Below, piece after piece: positions 9,080 to 18,169 of a DNA stretch of 64,000 nt (positions are counted from its first letter, which is position 1; each line of letters begins with the position of its first letter). Source of the stretch: Spirochaetia bacterium (GTDB lineage: Bacteria > Spirochaetota > Spirochaetia > CADAEX01); the NCBI GenBank assembly GCA_963662795.1, contig OY759746.1:192001-256000 (forward strand). Direction: 5' to 3'. The notes under the pieces were generated by a model. The model saw only the letters and a program-made list of their open reading frames with translations. It was not told the DNA's origin and did no database searches. The translations under genes were made by a program, and so were the position numbers.

Positions 9080-9673
9080 CTACTGTACATTTACCATTCC
9101 GGAAAAACCGATAAATGCCATAGCCATAAAACCGATTGTTATAAGAGTGATACCCGGGCCTTTAAGCCCCGCGGGAACAGGCGCGTTCTGTACTTTTTTC
9201 TGTATTGCAGATAAGGCCATAATGGCAAGCCACCAGCCAAGCCCTGAGCCGATTGAAAAGAAAAGAGTCTGCATAAGATTGTATTTTCTTATCTCGATAA
9301 AAAGGACAACACCAAGAATCGCGCAGTTTACTGTAATAAGGGGAAGAAAAATCCCCAGAGACATGTAAAGAGCGGGAGACACCCTGTCAATTACCATTTC
9401 AAGAACCTGCACCGTGGCTGCAATAACAATAATAAAAACAATATATCTAAGATAAAGAAGTCCGTAGGGAATGAGAATATAATGCAGCACAAGCCAGTTT
9501 ATTATACCTGTGAAACCCAGAACTACCGTGACAGCAAGCCCCAGACCGTTTGAGGATTTCATATCTTTTGAGATTGAAATGAATGAACACATTCCGAGAA
9601 AGTTTGAAAGAAGTATATTGCTTGTAAAAATTGATGCTATAAAAAGCGTTACAAGATTAATGTCAGGCGCCAT
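9080..9673 (-). CDS. nqrE: NqrE/RnfA-family membrane subunit
   Basis: NFLGMCSF, LGIFLPLITVNCAILG, GLKGPGITLITIG; six TM segments. Confidence 0.9.
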   Translation of the reverse strand: MAPDINLVTLFIASIFTSNILLSNFLGMCSFISISKDMKSSNGLGLAVTVVLGFTGIINWLVLHYILIPYGLLYLRYIVFIIVIAATVQVLEMVIDRVSPALYMSLGIFLPLITVNCAILGVVLFIEIRKYNLMQTLFFSIGSGLGWWLAIMALSAIQKKVQNAPVPAGLKGPGITLITIGFMAMAFIGFSGMVNVQ

Positions 9674-10277
9674 TGGTTTTCTCCTTTTTCAGAATCAAGG
9701 TTTTGCTTACCCAGACAACAGCTCCGAGAAGAAAAAACGCGCTCGGAGGCATAACCATTATTGTCCATTTTGTAAAGAATTCAGGCATCACTGGAAATCC
9801 GAATATAGTCCCGAATCCCGCAAGTTCACGTATTGTTGCAATTACAAGAAGTACCCACATATAACCGATTCCAGAAGTTATACCGTCCCAGAAAGATATC
9901 AATGGAGGATTGGATCTAGCAAATGCCTCTGCCCTTCCCATGATAATGCAGTTGGTGATTATAAGTCCTACATAAGGGCCGAGAGATTTGCTGATTTCAG
10001 GAAGATATGCTCTCAGGATTATATCGACAATAATAACGTAAAATGCTATTACAAGTGTCTGTATAATCATTCTTACCTTATCAGGAATAAGAGCTTTCAG
10101 GAGAGAAAGTGTAAAATTTGAAAACCCTGTAACAAAAACGAGGCCAAGCGACATGATCAGGGTATTGGTAAGATTGTTTGTTACAGCAAGTGTTGAACAA
10201 ATTCCAAGTACCTGTATAAAAACAGGATTGTTTGTCCACATATTGCCTTTAAATATTTTTACCGCGCTGCTGTTCAT
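9663..10277 (-). CDS. nqrD: NqrD/RnfE-family membrane subunit
   Basis: NNPVFIQVLGICSTLAVT, YVGLIITNCIIMGRAEAFA, IRELAGFG, PPSAFF. Confidence 0.9.
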   Translation of the reverse strand: MNSSAVKIFKGNMWTNNPVFIQVLGICSTLAVTNNLTNTLIMSLGLVFVTGFSNFTLSLLKALIPDKVRMIIQTLVIAFYVIIVDIILRAYLPEISKSLGPYVGLIITNCIIMGRAEAFARSNPPLISFWDGITSGIGYMWVLLVIATIRELAGFGTIFGFPVMPEFFTKWTIMVMPPSAFFLLGAVVWVSKTLILKKEKTNGA

Positions 10278-10909
10278 TTTCCTCTCCCCTCCTTTGCAAG
10301 TCCTGCAATAACATTGTTGACTATTGTCTGAATTGACGCGCTTGTAAGCGATGCCCCGGTAATGCCCTCAACCTCGCTGTTTGTCGGGTCGCTGTCAGAG
10401 CCTCCTGAACCTTTTCTCACTTTTATGGCCGCATCGTCCGATGCAATTGCCTCATTCCTGAACTGGTCCTTGAACCACTTTTCATCAATCCTTCCGCCGA
10501 GACCTGGAGTTTCGTTGTGGGAGATTATCTCAAGCCCTTTTATCGTTTTAAAATCAGGTGTTACTGCTATAACGCCTGTAATTGTTCCCCAAAGCCCGCT
10601 TCCGGAAAAAAGCTTCAGGACAAGTTCTTCTCCATTGACTGTTGCCTTTATTGTTTTTGTAAATTGAGCAGCATCGCCTTCTGTTTTAGCTACAGCATCC
10701 GGAAAATATTTTTCAAAGAGTTTTTGTGTTTCATTTTTATCCTTAAACTCAACTCCTGCTGACTTAAGAAATGCCGAGTAAAACGATATTCTAGTATTGG
10801 CAGCTGTTTTTTCAGCTGTCAGACTGTCCGCAAGTGAAAGAAAAAATACAAAGAAAAATGACGCGGCAAATGTAAAAATAACTGTATAAAAAAAGTTGTT
10901 TTTATTCAT
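10274..10909 (-). CDS. nqrC: NqrC/RnfG-family FMN-binding subunit
   Basis: Start moved to ATG 10909. N-terminal TM, GSGLWGTI, HNETPGLGGRI, and flavinylation-type motif GITGASLTS. Confidence 0.85.
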   Translation of the reverse strand: MNKNNFFYTVIFTFAASFFFVFFLSLADSLTAEKTAANTRISFYSAFLKSAGVEFKDKNETQKLFEKYFPDAVAKTEGDAAQFTKTIKATVNGEELVLKLFSGSGLWGTITGVIAVTPDFKTIKGLEIISHNETPGLGGRIDEKWFKDQFRNEAIASDDAAIKVRKGSGGSDSDPTNSEVEGITGASLTSASIQTIVNNVIAGLAKEGRGK

Positions 10910-10913
10910 TTCA

Positions 10914-11843
10914 TTACCCCTTTGCCTGCTCCGGCGCAGCTTCCCTGAAAGGACCGGCCTTTTTTTTGGCGACAAGTTCATCAATCAGCGTTGCGAATGT
11001 ATTGCCGAAAAGAATCGCAAAGCTAGTCCCTTCCGGGAAAAGGGAAAATATTCTTACTATTGCCGCTGTAAATCCGATTATTGATCCGTAAATCCACAGG
11101 GAGAGCGGCTTTTTCGGAGCAGATACCGGATCGGTTGTCATGAATACCGCAACAAACAGGATACTTCCGGAAAGAAGTCCTTCAAGAGGGGGAAATGCCT
11201 TTACAACACCGGCAGCAAAGAGAGCTCCTGATAAAACAGTAAAAGATATTAAAGTGGAAGCCATTGTCCGCCAGTTTGCGGTTTTTGTATAAACAAGATA
11301 TAAGGCAGCAAGAATGATCAGAATTGCTGCCCCTTCTCCGGCAGAACCTGCCCTTAACCCTGACAAGAGATGCCACAGGTCAGGAAGTACCCCTTCCCTC
11401 ATCATCTCAAGCGGTGTTGCGCTTGTCATCCCGTCAATAGCTTTAAGGCCGAAAATTGACGGGGCAAGCCATAGCGTTGTCATCTTGCCGGGGAAAGCTA
11501 TATATATAAAAAGGCGCCCTGTAATGGCAGGATTAAAAATATTCCGTCCGAATCCGCCGTAAACACATTTTCCGAATAGAACCCCGAAAATAATTCCTAC
11601 TGCGGCAATCCAGAAAGGGACTGCGGGCGGAAGGGAGAGTGTATAAATCATACAGGTAACAAGAACTGCTTCAGATGTTTTCTTGCCGCTTTTTTTCATA
11701 AACAGATATTCGGTCAGTATGCCTGCGGCAAAGACCAGGACTGAAACAGCAAGGAATTTAATACCATAAATAAAAACAGCAAAAAGAAAGACCGGAGTAA
11801 GTGCATAAAGCACTTTTCTCATTATTTGTTGTTTTTGAAACAA
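10914..11843 (-). CDS. NqrB/RnfD-family subunit (short, RnfD-length form)
   Basis: TTG start behind AGGAGG; YGGFGRNIFNPA, TSATPL (FMN site), GSAGE, FMTTDPVS, FAILFGN; only 309 aa. Confidence 0.88.
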   Translation of the reverse strand: MFQKQQIMRKVLYALTPVFLFAVFIYGIKFLAVSVLVFAAGILTEYLFMKKSGKKTSEAVLVTCMIYTLSLPPAVPFWIAAVGIIFGVLFGKCVYGGFGRNIFNPAITGRLFIYIAFPGKMTTLWLAPSIFGLKAIDGMTSATPLEMMREGVLPDLWHLLSGLRAGSAGEGAAILIILAALYLVYTKTANWRTMASTLISFTVLSGALFAAGVVKAFPPLEGLLSGSILFVAVFMTTDPVSAPKKPLSLWIYGSIIGFTAAIVRIFSLFPEGTSFAILFGNTFATLIDELVAKKKAGPFREAAPEQAKG

Positions 11844-11892
11844 GATAATCCTCCTGAACAGATGAAAGATAATAAAAACTGATATATTTCAC

Positions 11893-11921
11893 ATTGTAAT
11901 ATAACTGAAGGGTTTTGACAA
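11893..11921 (-). promoter_or_regulatory. Sigma70-type promoter of the Nqr-like operon
   Basis: Minus strand TTGTCA-N17-TACAAT, 50 bp upstream of the nqrB-like start. Confidence 0.65.
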
Positions 11922-12008
11922 ACGCAATATTATAAACATCAGGACGGAAACCTGCTTATATACTGTTGTCCAATAAGCTGATTTCAAATATATTTTATCA
12001 TTAAAACC

Positions 12009-12920
12009 ATGAAAAACAACGATAACGCCTCAAAAGGCAGTACAATTGATAAAAACGGTTATTTACAGGCTCTTTCCGCATATATAATCTGGGGATTGCT
12101 CCCGATATACTGGAAAGCACTAAAACATGTAATGCCGCTCCAGATTATGATAAACAGGGCCCTCTGGAGCTTTGTACTGTTATTTCTGATTTCGCTGATA
12201 AGAAAGAAAAATACGTTCGGATATCTAAAAGATCCTAAAACATTTTTCAAAATTACTGCGGCAAGTATTATTCTCTCCGCAAACTGGCTTACATACATAT
12301 TTGCCGTAAACAGCGGAAGAATTCTGGAAGCAAGCATGGGATACTACATAACTCCACTCGTAAACATAGCGCTGGGCCTTATCGTTTTCAGGGAAAAACT
12401 CAACCGCGTCCAGTACACGTCCATTGCATTTGCCACAGCCGGTGTTCTTTACAAAACTATTGAGTACGGCAGGTTCCCCTATATTTCTCTCTTTCTTGCG
12501 CTCTCATTCGGTCTTTACGGCATGTTCAAAAAATACTTTTCGCTTGATTCAATAACAGGTCTGATGACGGAAACACTGATTCTGACACCTTTCGGCATCG
12601 CTGTAATTATCTATCTTCAGCTTAAAGGGGTTAACTCACTTTTTACGGTTTCGCTTACAACCGACCTGCTGCTGATAGGATCCGGAATAATAACAGCTGT
12701 ACCGCTGATCATGTTTGCCGAAGGCGCTAAAAAGATTCCCATGTCTGCCATAGGATTCCTTCAGTACGTCGCTCCAACGCTGATGCTTCTAACCGGTGTT
12801 TTTTTATACGAAGAGGAGTTCACTGTGAGTCACCTGATAACTTTTTCATTAATATGGACAGGGCTTGCAGTCTATACTTACTCGCTGTTTAAATCTTCGA
12901 ATAAGAGATCGGACCATTAA
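12009..12920 (+). CDS. rarD: RarD / EamA-family (DMT) permease
   Basis: AYIIWGLLPIYWK, ANWLTYIFAVN, EASMGYYITPL, GFLQYVAPT; about ten TM segments. Confidence 0.92.
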   Translation: MKNNDNASKGSTIDKNGYLQALSAYIIWGLLPIYWKALKHVMPLQIMINRALWSFVLLFLISLIRKKNTFGYLKDPKTFFKITAASIILSANWLTYIFAVNSGRILEASMGYYITPLVNIALGLIVFREKLNRVQYTSIAFATAGVLYKTIEYGRFPYISLFLALSFGLYGMFKKYFSLDSITGLMTETLILTPFGIAVIIYLQLKGVNSLFTVSLTTDLLLIGSGIITAVPLIMFAEGAKKIPMSAIGFLQYVAPTLMLLTGVFLYEEEFTVSHLITFSLIWTGLAVYTYSLFKSSNKRSDH

Positions 12921-12947
12921 TACAAAGGTAAAAACCTCAATAAAAAT

Positions 12948-14660
12948 CTACATAGCAAAGCCGTTATCAACGCTCAGATCTGTAAAACCTTCAGGAGGAA
13001 GCCCGAAACCGCTGTAGTTAAGATGGCGCAGGGTTGATGTCCTGTAGTCATGTATCATGGTTTTAAGCCATTCAAATTCATCCCCGGTCATGTCTCCTTC
13101 AAGATATTTAAGCATTACCAGCATTGTTTCGTAGCGCCATTCAGTAAGATTGTTTTTCAGAAATTCCTCTTTTGATATCAGGTATTTTTCAAGGACATCA
13201 AAATCTATCGGAGTAGTTTTTTCATCAAAACCCACCCTTTTCCAGAGCCTTGATATATATGGAGGATTATCATCGGCAACAGGGTGCCTTACAATAATCT
13301 GGGATGAATACTGAACCGGTTTATCTGGATCAGAAGGGAGATAGCGCATCTTGTTCTTCATGTCTATCCCCGCCTCCGCAAACAGGCGGCAGAAAACATA
13401 CCAGTTATCAAGCCCTTCTTTCCCCTTTACAGCAGGTTTTTCAAGAAAGACAAGATCTCTGGGACATTTGGGATAACCGAAGACCCATTCCGTATAATAC
13501 GATTTACCTTCAGAGCCTAAAGGCCTTGGAATATGGGGATAGCTGTAATGCCCTGCCGAAATAAAAGCATCCTCAAGTTTTTTAGCAAGAAAATGGCGGG
13601 CAAAATTGTCAAACCCTGAATAAAATGTGTTGCCGTGCCTTATTGAATGCCTCGCTACAGGGAATTCCTGCAGAGTATAGATAATCCCGTCAATTGACCT
13701 GAATCCCGACCTTATCTCAAGATCAAGGGTGTAATCAGGATTCGCCTTAATTCTTTTTGAATAGGCAAGGTCCTGAATCTCGCGGCCTATTTTATATGTT
13801 ATGGTCCTTGTTTTGCATGCTTCAAGCTCCTTTATATGACACTTGTGATGCCTGCTCATGTGGCTTGTTGTTGATTTACGATAGTCAAAGACAAGTTCGC
13901 TCATCCTCTCCATCTGGGGGAAATCGCATGGGGCGCATGACTTCATAAGGAACTCGAGTATAAGCGACATCATCTCGACCCTTTCCGGCTTAAGGTATTT
14001 ATCAAGCTTTTCCCTGTTCTCATCTATAAATTTCTCAAATTTTTTAAAATCTATGTGAAGGCTTTCCGAACCGAAATCAATCCTTTTCCAGAGCTTGGTA
14101 AGCATTTCGTCGGAATCTGAAATACTCGGCTCAAGCATGACAATGTTTTTTATGTAATATCCGTCGTTTTCAACTGTATCATCAAAAATACCTACACCAG
14201 CTTCATTAAAACAACCGGATGCAATATCCCACTCGTCGACTTTTATGGGATACCACTTTCCCGCTTCGTCATCGTAAAACTCTGGATAATAACCCTCATC
14301 GCCGAAGACCCATTCATAATAGTATATTCCGTCAATATCAGACCCGAGAGGCCTTGGAACATGGGAAAACTTATAGCGTCCTGACCTGAAAAAATAGTCG
14401 TCAAGCTTTTTTATAAGCACATGACGGAAGTAAACATTAAGGGCTGAAAGCGTTGCCTTGCTTTCAAGGCTTTTAAGCGTTATGTCTGAATCTGGGTTTG
14501 CGATTTTTGCAAGGTCTGTCCCCCGCGGTATCCTGCAGGCCGCGACAAAATCCTGTTCCGTCCTGATTATCCCGCCAAGCCCGGGAAAAATGTTTCTTAT
14601 CTGAATGTGAACTTCCGCGGAACCGCCGTACCCGCCGCAGCATATTGTTTCTATACCCAT
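12948..14660 (-). CDS. Hypothetical protein with two tandem homologous, kinase-like domains
   Basis: 570-aa ORF with internal duplication: HVPRPLGS..YYYEWVFG versus HIPRPLGS..YYTEWVFG; LWKRIDFG versus LWKRVGFD; DYRKST versus DYRTST. Confidence 0.85.
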   Translation of the reverse strand: MGIETICCGGYGGSAEVHIQIRNIFPGLGGIIRTEQDFVAACRIPRGTDLAKIANPDSDITLKSLESKATLSALNVYFRHVLIKKLDDYFFRSGRYKFSHVPRPLGSDIDGIYYYEWVFGDEGYYPEFYDDEAGKWYPIKVDEWDIASGCFNEAGVGIFDDTVENDGYYIKNIVMLEPSISDSDEMLTKLWKRIDFGSESLHIDFKKFEKFIDENREKLDKYLKPERVEMMSLILEFLMKSCAPCDFPQMERMSELVFDYRKSTTSHMSRHHKCHIKELEACKTRTITYKIGREIQDLAYSKRIKANPDYTLDLEIRSGFRSIDGIIYTLQEFPVARHSIRHGNTFYSGFDNFARHFLAKKLEDAFISAGHYSYPHIPRPLGSEGKSYYTEWVFGYPKCPRDLVFLEKPAVKGKEGLDNWYVFCRLFAEAGIDMKNKMRYLPSDPDKPVQYSSQIIVRHPVADDNPPYISRLWKRVGFDEKTTPIDFDVLEKYLISKEEFLKNNLTEWRYETMLVMLKYLEGDMTGDEFEWLKTMIHDYRTSTLRHLNYSGFGLPPEGFTDLSVDNGFAM

Positions 14661-14976
14661 GCATCTAAAATATTACATGGCAGGCCTTCCGGTCAAGGAA
14701 GATTATATTATTGCTGTTATACGTAAAAAAATTACCTGCGTTTATGCCTGTTAGAGACATTACAGCCGCATTATCATCAGGAGTGATTGTAATTTTGAGA
14801 TGTCCTGATGTCAATATAAAGATGCTATGATGCTTTTTACATTAATTTGGCTTTCCTAACAGGGAATGCAGAAAAAAAAATATCATTATAGTTAATTTTT
14901 ATATTGACATTTTTATTTGAAATATATTATAAACCTTATTTTTTTGTGCTATTTTAAATTTTCAAGGAGTGAAAAT

Positions 14977-16263
14977 ATGAAAAAACTACTTTTTATTGCG
15001 CTGCTGTGTTTTCTCGCGGCCGCCCTTTTCGCGGGCGGAATTGAGAACAAGAACAACATGAGCGCCGGCTACCTGAGAAATCCAAGCAAAAATACAGAAA
15101 CAAACAAACCTGACGCGGTTTTCTACAATCCGGCAGGAACTGCCTTCATGGAAGAGGGCCTTTATATTGAACTTGGAAACCAGTTTTTATTCAAGGAATA
15201 TATGCACGATGCGACAGACATTGCGGCAGTTGATGACAAGTTTAAATCTACAGATCCTGTTCTGTTATACCCCAATGGAGAGATTGTATGGAATGCAGGG
15301 AAATTCGCACTTTTCGGGGCTTTAGGGGTTGCTGCAGGCGGCGGCGCTGCTGAATATTCAGACGGGTCAATTACAACAGTAGGGGCACTTTTGGGGTTAT
15401 ACGCAAAAATTGCTGCAGTCAGTGTACCTCTGGCAAATCTCATTGAAACTGATTCATCACTCAACCTTACAGCAGTAATTTTCGGTGAAACAATAGGAGC
15501 ATCCTATGCTGTAAACGACATGGTTTCCCTTTCTGCCGCGATAAGGCTTATCCAGGGAAAAATAACTATGAAGGCTGAGCTTGATGAAGAACCTAATGCA
15601 GCCTTAGTTACATATATTGATGACACTGTCCTTTTTGACGCAGAATCAACAGCAAAAGGCTATGGCTTTGTGTTCGGAATCCACGTAAAACCTACTGAAA
15701 AACTTGATGTAGCTATGCAGTACCAGACAAAGGTAGATCTTGAATATAAATATGACAAACTTGACGGAGTTCCTTTCTTCCTTACAGCTGTTGAAATGGA
15801 AAAAGGCGATAAATATAAAAAAGACATCCCTGCAATGCTCGGCGCAGGTGTGGGCTATCAGCTTCTTGACAAACTCTATGCAACTTTAAGTTTTAACTAC
15901 TACTTCAACAGTTCGGCGGATTTTGAGACAGGAACAATGGGCAATGAAAACGATTATGACAATTCATGGGAAGTTGCCCTCGGCGGGGAATATCAACTGA
16001 ACAAGATGGTTGCATTAAGCGCAGGTGCTTTCTATTCAAAACAGGGAATCAAGGATGATGAAAACTCGGCGGAAGTTCCGGTCCTCGACAGTGTTACTTT
16101 CGGGGCAGGGGCAGGCCTTAACTTTATTGAAGATCTTACAATTGATGTAGGATTAATGAAACCAATCTACTTTGACGCAGATTATGAATCATCAGCCGGA
16201 GATTTGACATTAAGCAAAAAACTTTTACTTGTGGCTATCGGCGCTACCTATAAACTTTTCTAG
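14977..16263 (+). CDS. FadL/OmpP1/TodX-family outer-membrane protein
   Basis: Start moved to ATG 14977 behind AAGGAG. Signal peptide, DAVFYNPAG plug motif, alternating beta-strand pattern, terminal YKLF. Confidence 0.85.
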   Translation: MKKLLFIALLCFLAAALFAGGIENKNNMSAGYLRNPSKNTETNKPDAVFYNPAGTAFMEEGLYIELGNQFLFKEYMHDATDIAAVDDKFKSTDPVLLYPNGEIVWNAGKFALFGALGVAAGGGAAEYSDGSITTVGALLGLYAKIAAVSVPLANLIETDSSLNLTAVIFGETIGASYAVNDMVSLSAAIRLIQGKITMKAELDEEPNAALVTYIDDTVLFDAESTAKGYGFVFGIHVKPTEKLDVAMQYQTKVDLEYKYDKLDGVPFFLTAVEMEKGDKYKKDIPAMLGAGVGYQLLDKLYATLSFNYYFNSSADFETGTMGNENDYDNSWEVALGGEYQLNKMVALSAGAFYSKQGIKDDENSAEVPVLDSVTFGAGAGLNFIEDLTIDVGLMKPIYFDADYESSAGDLTLSKKLLLVAIGATYKLF

Positions 16264-16292
16264 CCTCAAGTCATTTATCTAAATGAGTAAGG

Positions 16293-16329
16293 ACCCGGAT
16301 CAGGGATTATCCCCCTTCCGGGTTTTTTT
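16293..16329 (+). terminator. Intrinsic terminator after the FadL-like gene
   Basis: ACCCGGA...TCCGGGT stem followed by a T run. Confidence 0.75.
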
Positions 16330-16355
16330 GTGCCCGCCTGTCCTGCGGGATAAAA

Positions 16356-16763
16356 TCAGCTGATCAATGTAAACGGGTTAAAAAGCGGTATACCGAAATG
16401 CTCAAAATCCCTTATATTGCGTGTGGCAAGGACTAAACCCCGCCTCCAGGCTGCAGCCGCGATAAAGGCATCAGCCTGAGTAACTGTTATCCCGCCGGCA
16501 AAAAGACGGCCCCTTGCCTCCCCTGTCCAGACAGCAGTTTCAGTATCAATAGGTATAACCTCAGCATGATCTCCCATAAAACGGCGGAACCAGGCCGCTT
16601 TCTCAAGATAATTTTTCCTCATCAGGTCGGAAAGAATTTCTTCAGCTGTTATTACACTTATATTGATTTTTTTAATCTCCTTGAACCACTCAAGAACGCG
16701 CAAATCAGGATGCGGTTTCATTATTTCGCTTATTACATTGGTATCAGCAAGATAATTATTCAT
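16356..16763 (-). CDS. vapC: VapC-type PIN-domain toxin
   Basis: YLADTNVISE, EEI, ADAFIAA and LATRNIRDF acidic PIN motifs. Confidence 0.92.
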   Translation of the reverse strand: MNNYLADTNVISEIMKPHPDLRVLEWFKEIKKINISVITAEEILSDLMRKNYLEKAAWFRRFMGDHAEVIPIDTETAVWTGEARGRLFAGGITVTQADAFIAAAAWRRGLVLATRNIRDFEHFGIPLFNPFTLIS

Positions 16764-17023
16764 TTTACACTGCCTTCATAACCAGGTCTGTCGCTTCTGA
16801 CAGGAGTCTCAAAATCACCTTCCCGCAAATTTATATCAGCAAGTTCATCAAGCACGTGAGTCAGATCAGGCATAAAAACAGATTTATTTGAATTGTAAAG
16901 TTCCCAGTCAATAAGGACAGCCTCAGGTTTTCCGTGCCGCATAATAAGCTGGGGAGATTCATGGGTTAAATCAAGTATTTTTGATATTTTAAGTTTTGCT
17001 TCCGCTGCGTTCCATGAAGTCAT
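16760..17023 (-). CDS. Phd/YefM-family antitoxin
   Basis: WNAAEAKLKISKILD...PQLIMRHGKPEAVLI; 4-bp overlap with the toxin gene. Confidence 0.88.
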   Translation of the reverse strand: MTSWNAAEAKLKISKILDLTHESPQLIMRHGKPEAVLIDWELYNSNKSVFMPDLTHVLDELADINLREGDFETPVRSDRPGYEGSVK

Positions 17024-17060
17024 AAAATCCTCCTGTTTTAATCAATTATAATATTCATTT

Positions 17061-17084
17061 GACCATTTATATAGATCATTTATA
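17061..17084. promoter_or_regulatory. Probable TA autoregulatory operator (direct repeat)
   Basis: GACCATTTATA-TA-GATCATTTATA about 40 bp upstream of the antitoxin start. Confidence 0.45.
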
Positions 17085-17162
17085 AAAATATTCTGATAAT
17101 TTGATTCAGTATACAAATGTGAATATAGACAAATTTTAATGAATCGGAATAATTAAACTACC

Positions 17163-18137
17163 ATGAAAATACTTATACAGATGAATATCAATTCCTATAT
17201 GGAATCAAAAATTGAAGAGCTTAAAAAGGCGCATAAAGACCTTGAAATTTTCACAGATACAAATTCCGCCCCCCTGGCTGAAATTGACATAATAACAGGC
17301 GGCCTTTTAACTGAAAAACTGATACAGCAGGCTTCCTCCCTTAAAATGGTATTTGTCCCCTTTGTCGGGGTAAACCATCTGCCGCTGGGTCTGCTTAGGG
17401 AAAGGGGAATAAGGATATGCAACTCACACGGCAACGACAGGTTTGTCGCCGAAAGGGTACTCGCACTGCTCCTTGCTTTTCACGGCAGGATAGTAGAGTT
17501 TCACAAGGCTCTTGAGAACGAAATATGGCACGGCTTCTGGGCCGGCGGCGGAGAAGAAGACACGTGGGATTCCCTATACAGGAAAAAGGTTACAATACTG
17601 GGAACAGGTGCGATCGGCAGGCAGACCGCAAAAATGCTCTCAGTCTTTGAAGCGGATGTAACAGGCTATAAAAAGCACTCTAAAGGGGAAGTTCCGGAAG
17701 GGTTTACAAGGATTGCTTCTTCCCTTGAGGATGCGGTAAAAGGGGCCGATATTCTGATAGTCGCAGTTCCGCTTACAGACGAGACAAGGGGAATGGTAAA
17801 CCGGGACATCATCAATCTCATGAAGGGAGGTGTAATCCTCAATATAGCAAGAGGCCCTGTGGTGGATGAGAAAGCCCTTTATGAGGCGCTGACAGATGGA
17901 AAGCTTAAAGGGGCGTGCATCGATGTCTGGTATACATATCCTGAGCCGGGAAACAAAGTTAAAGCGCCGGGCAATTACCCTTTTCACAAACTGCCGAATG
18001 TCGTTCTCTCCCCCCATGTGGGAGGCGGAACAAAAACTGCTTTCACTCTGGATATCAACCTCACCTTTGCCAACATCTCATCATACATAAGAAGCGGCAA
18101 AGTAAAAAATGAAATTGATATTACAGCGGGATACTGA
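17163..18137 (+). CDS. D-isomer-specific 2-hydroxyacid dehydrogenase
   Basis: ILGTGAIG, PLTDETRG, NIARGPVVDE, DVW and SPHVGG motifs. Confidence 0.92.
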   Translation: MKILIQMNINSYMESKIEELKKAHKDLEIFTDTNSAPLAEIDIITGGLLTEKLIQQASSLKMVFVPFVGVNHLPLGLLRERGIRICNSHGNDRFVAERVLALLLAFHGRIVEFHKALENEIWHGFWAGGGEEDTWDSLYRKKVTILGTGAIGRQTAKMLSVFEADVTGYKKHSKGEVPEGFTRIASSLEDAVKGADILIVAVPLTDETRGMVNRDIINLMKGGVILNIARGPVVDEKALYEALTDGKLKGACIDVWYTYPEPGNKVKAPGNYPFHKLPNVVLSPHVGGGTKTAFTLDINLTFANISSYIRSGKVKNEIDITAGY

Positions 18138-18169
18138 CCCGTGCACTTCTGGATGGAACAGGAGATTTT

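Noticed and set aside
9510-10121. 203-aa + strand ORF and the many other short overlapping ORFs in the track
   Set aside because: They lie antisense or out of frame within well-supported genes and show no recognisable motifs or RBS.
11877-11895. Possible Rex box (ATGTGAAATATATCAGTT, - strand) at the Nqr-like promoter
   Set aside because: Only one half-site resembles TTGTGAA-N4-TTCACAA; too weak to call.
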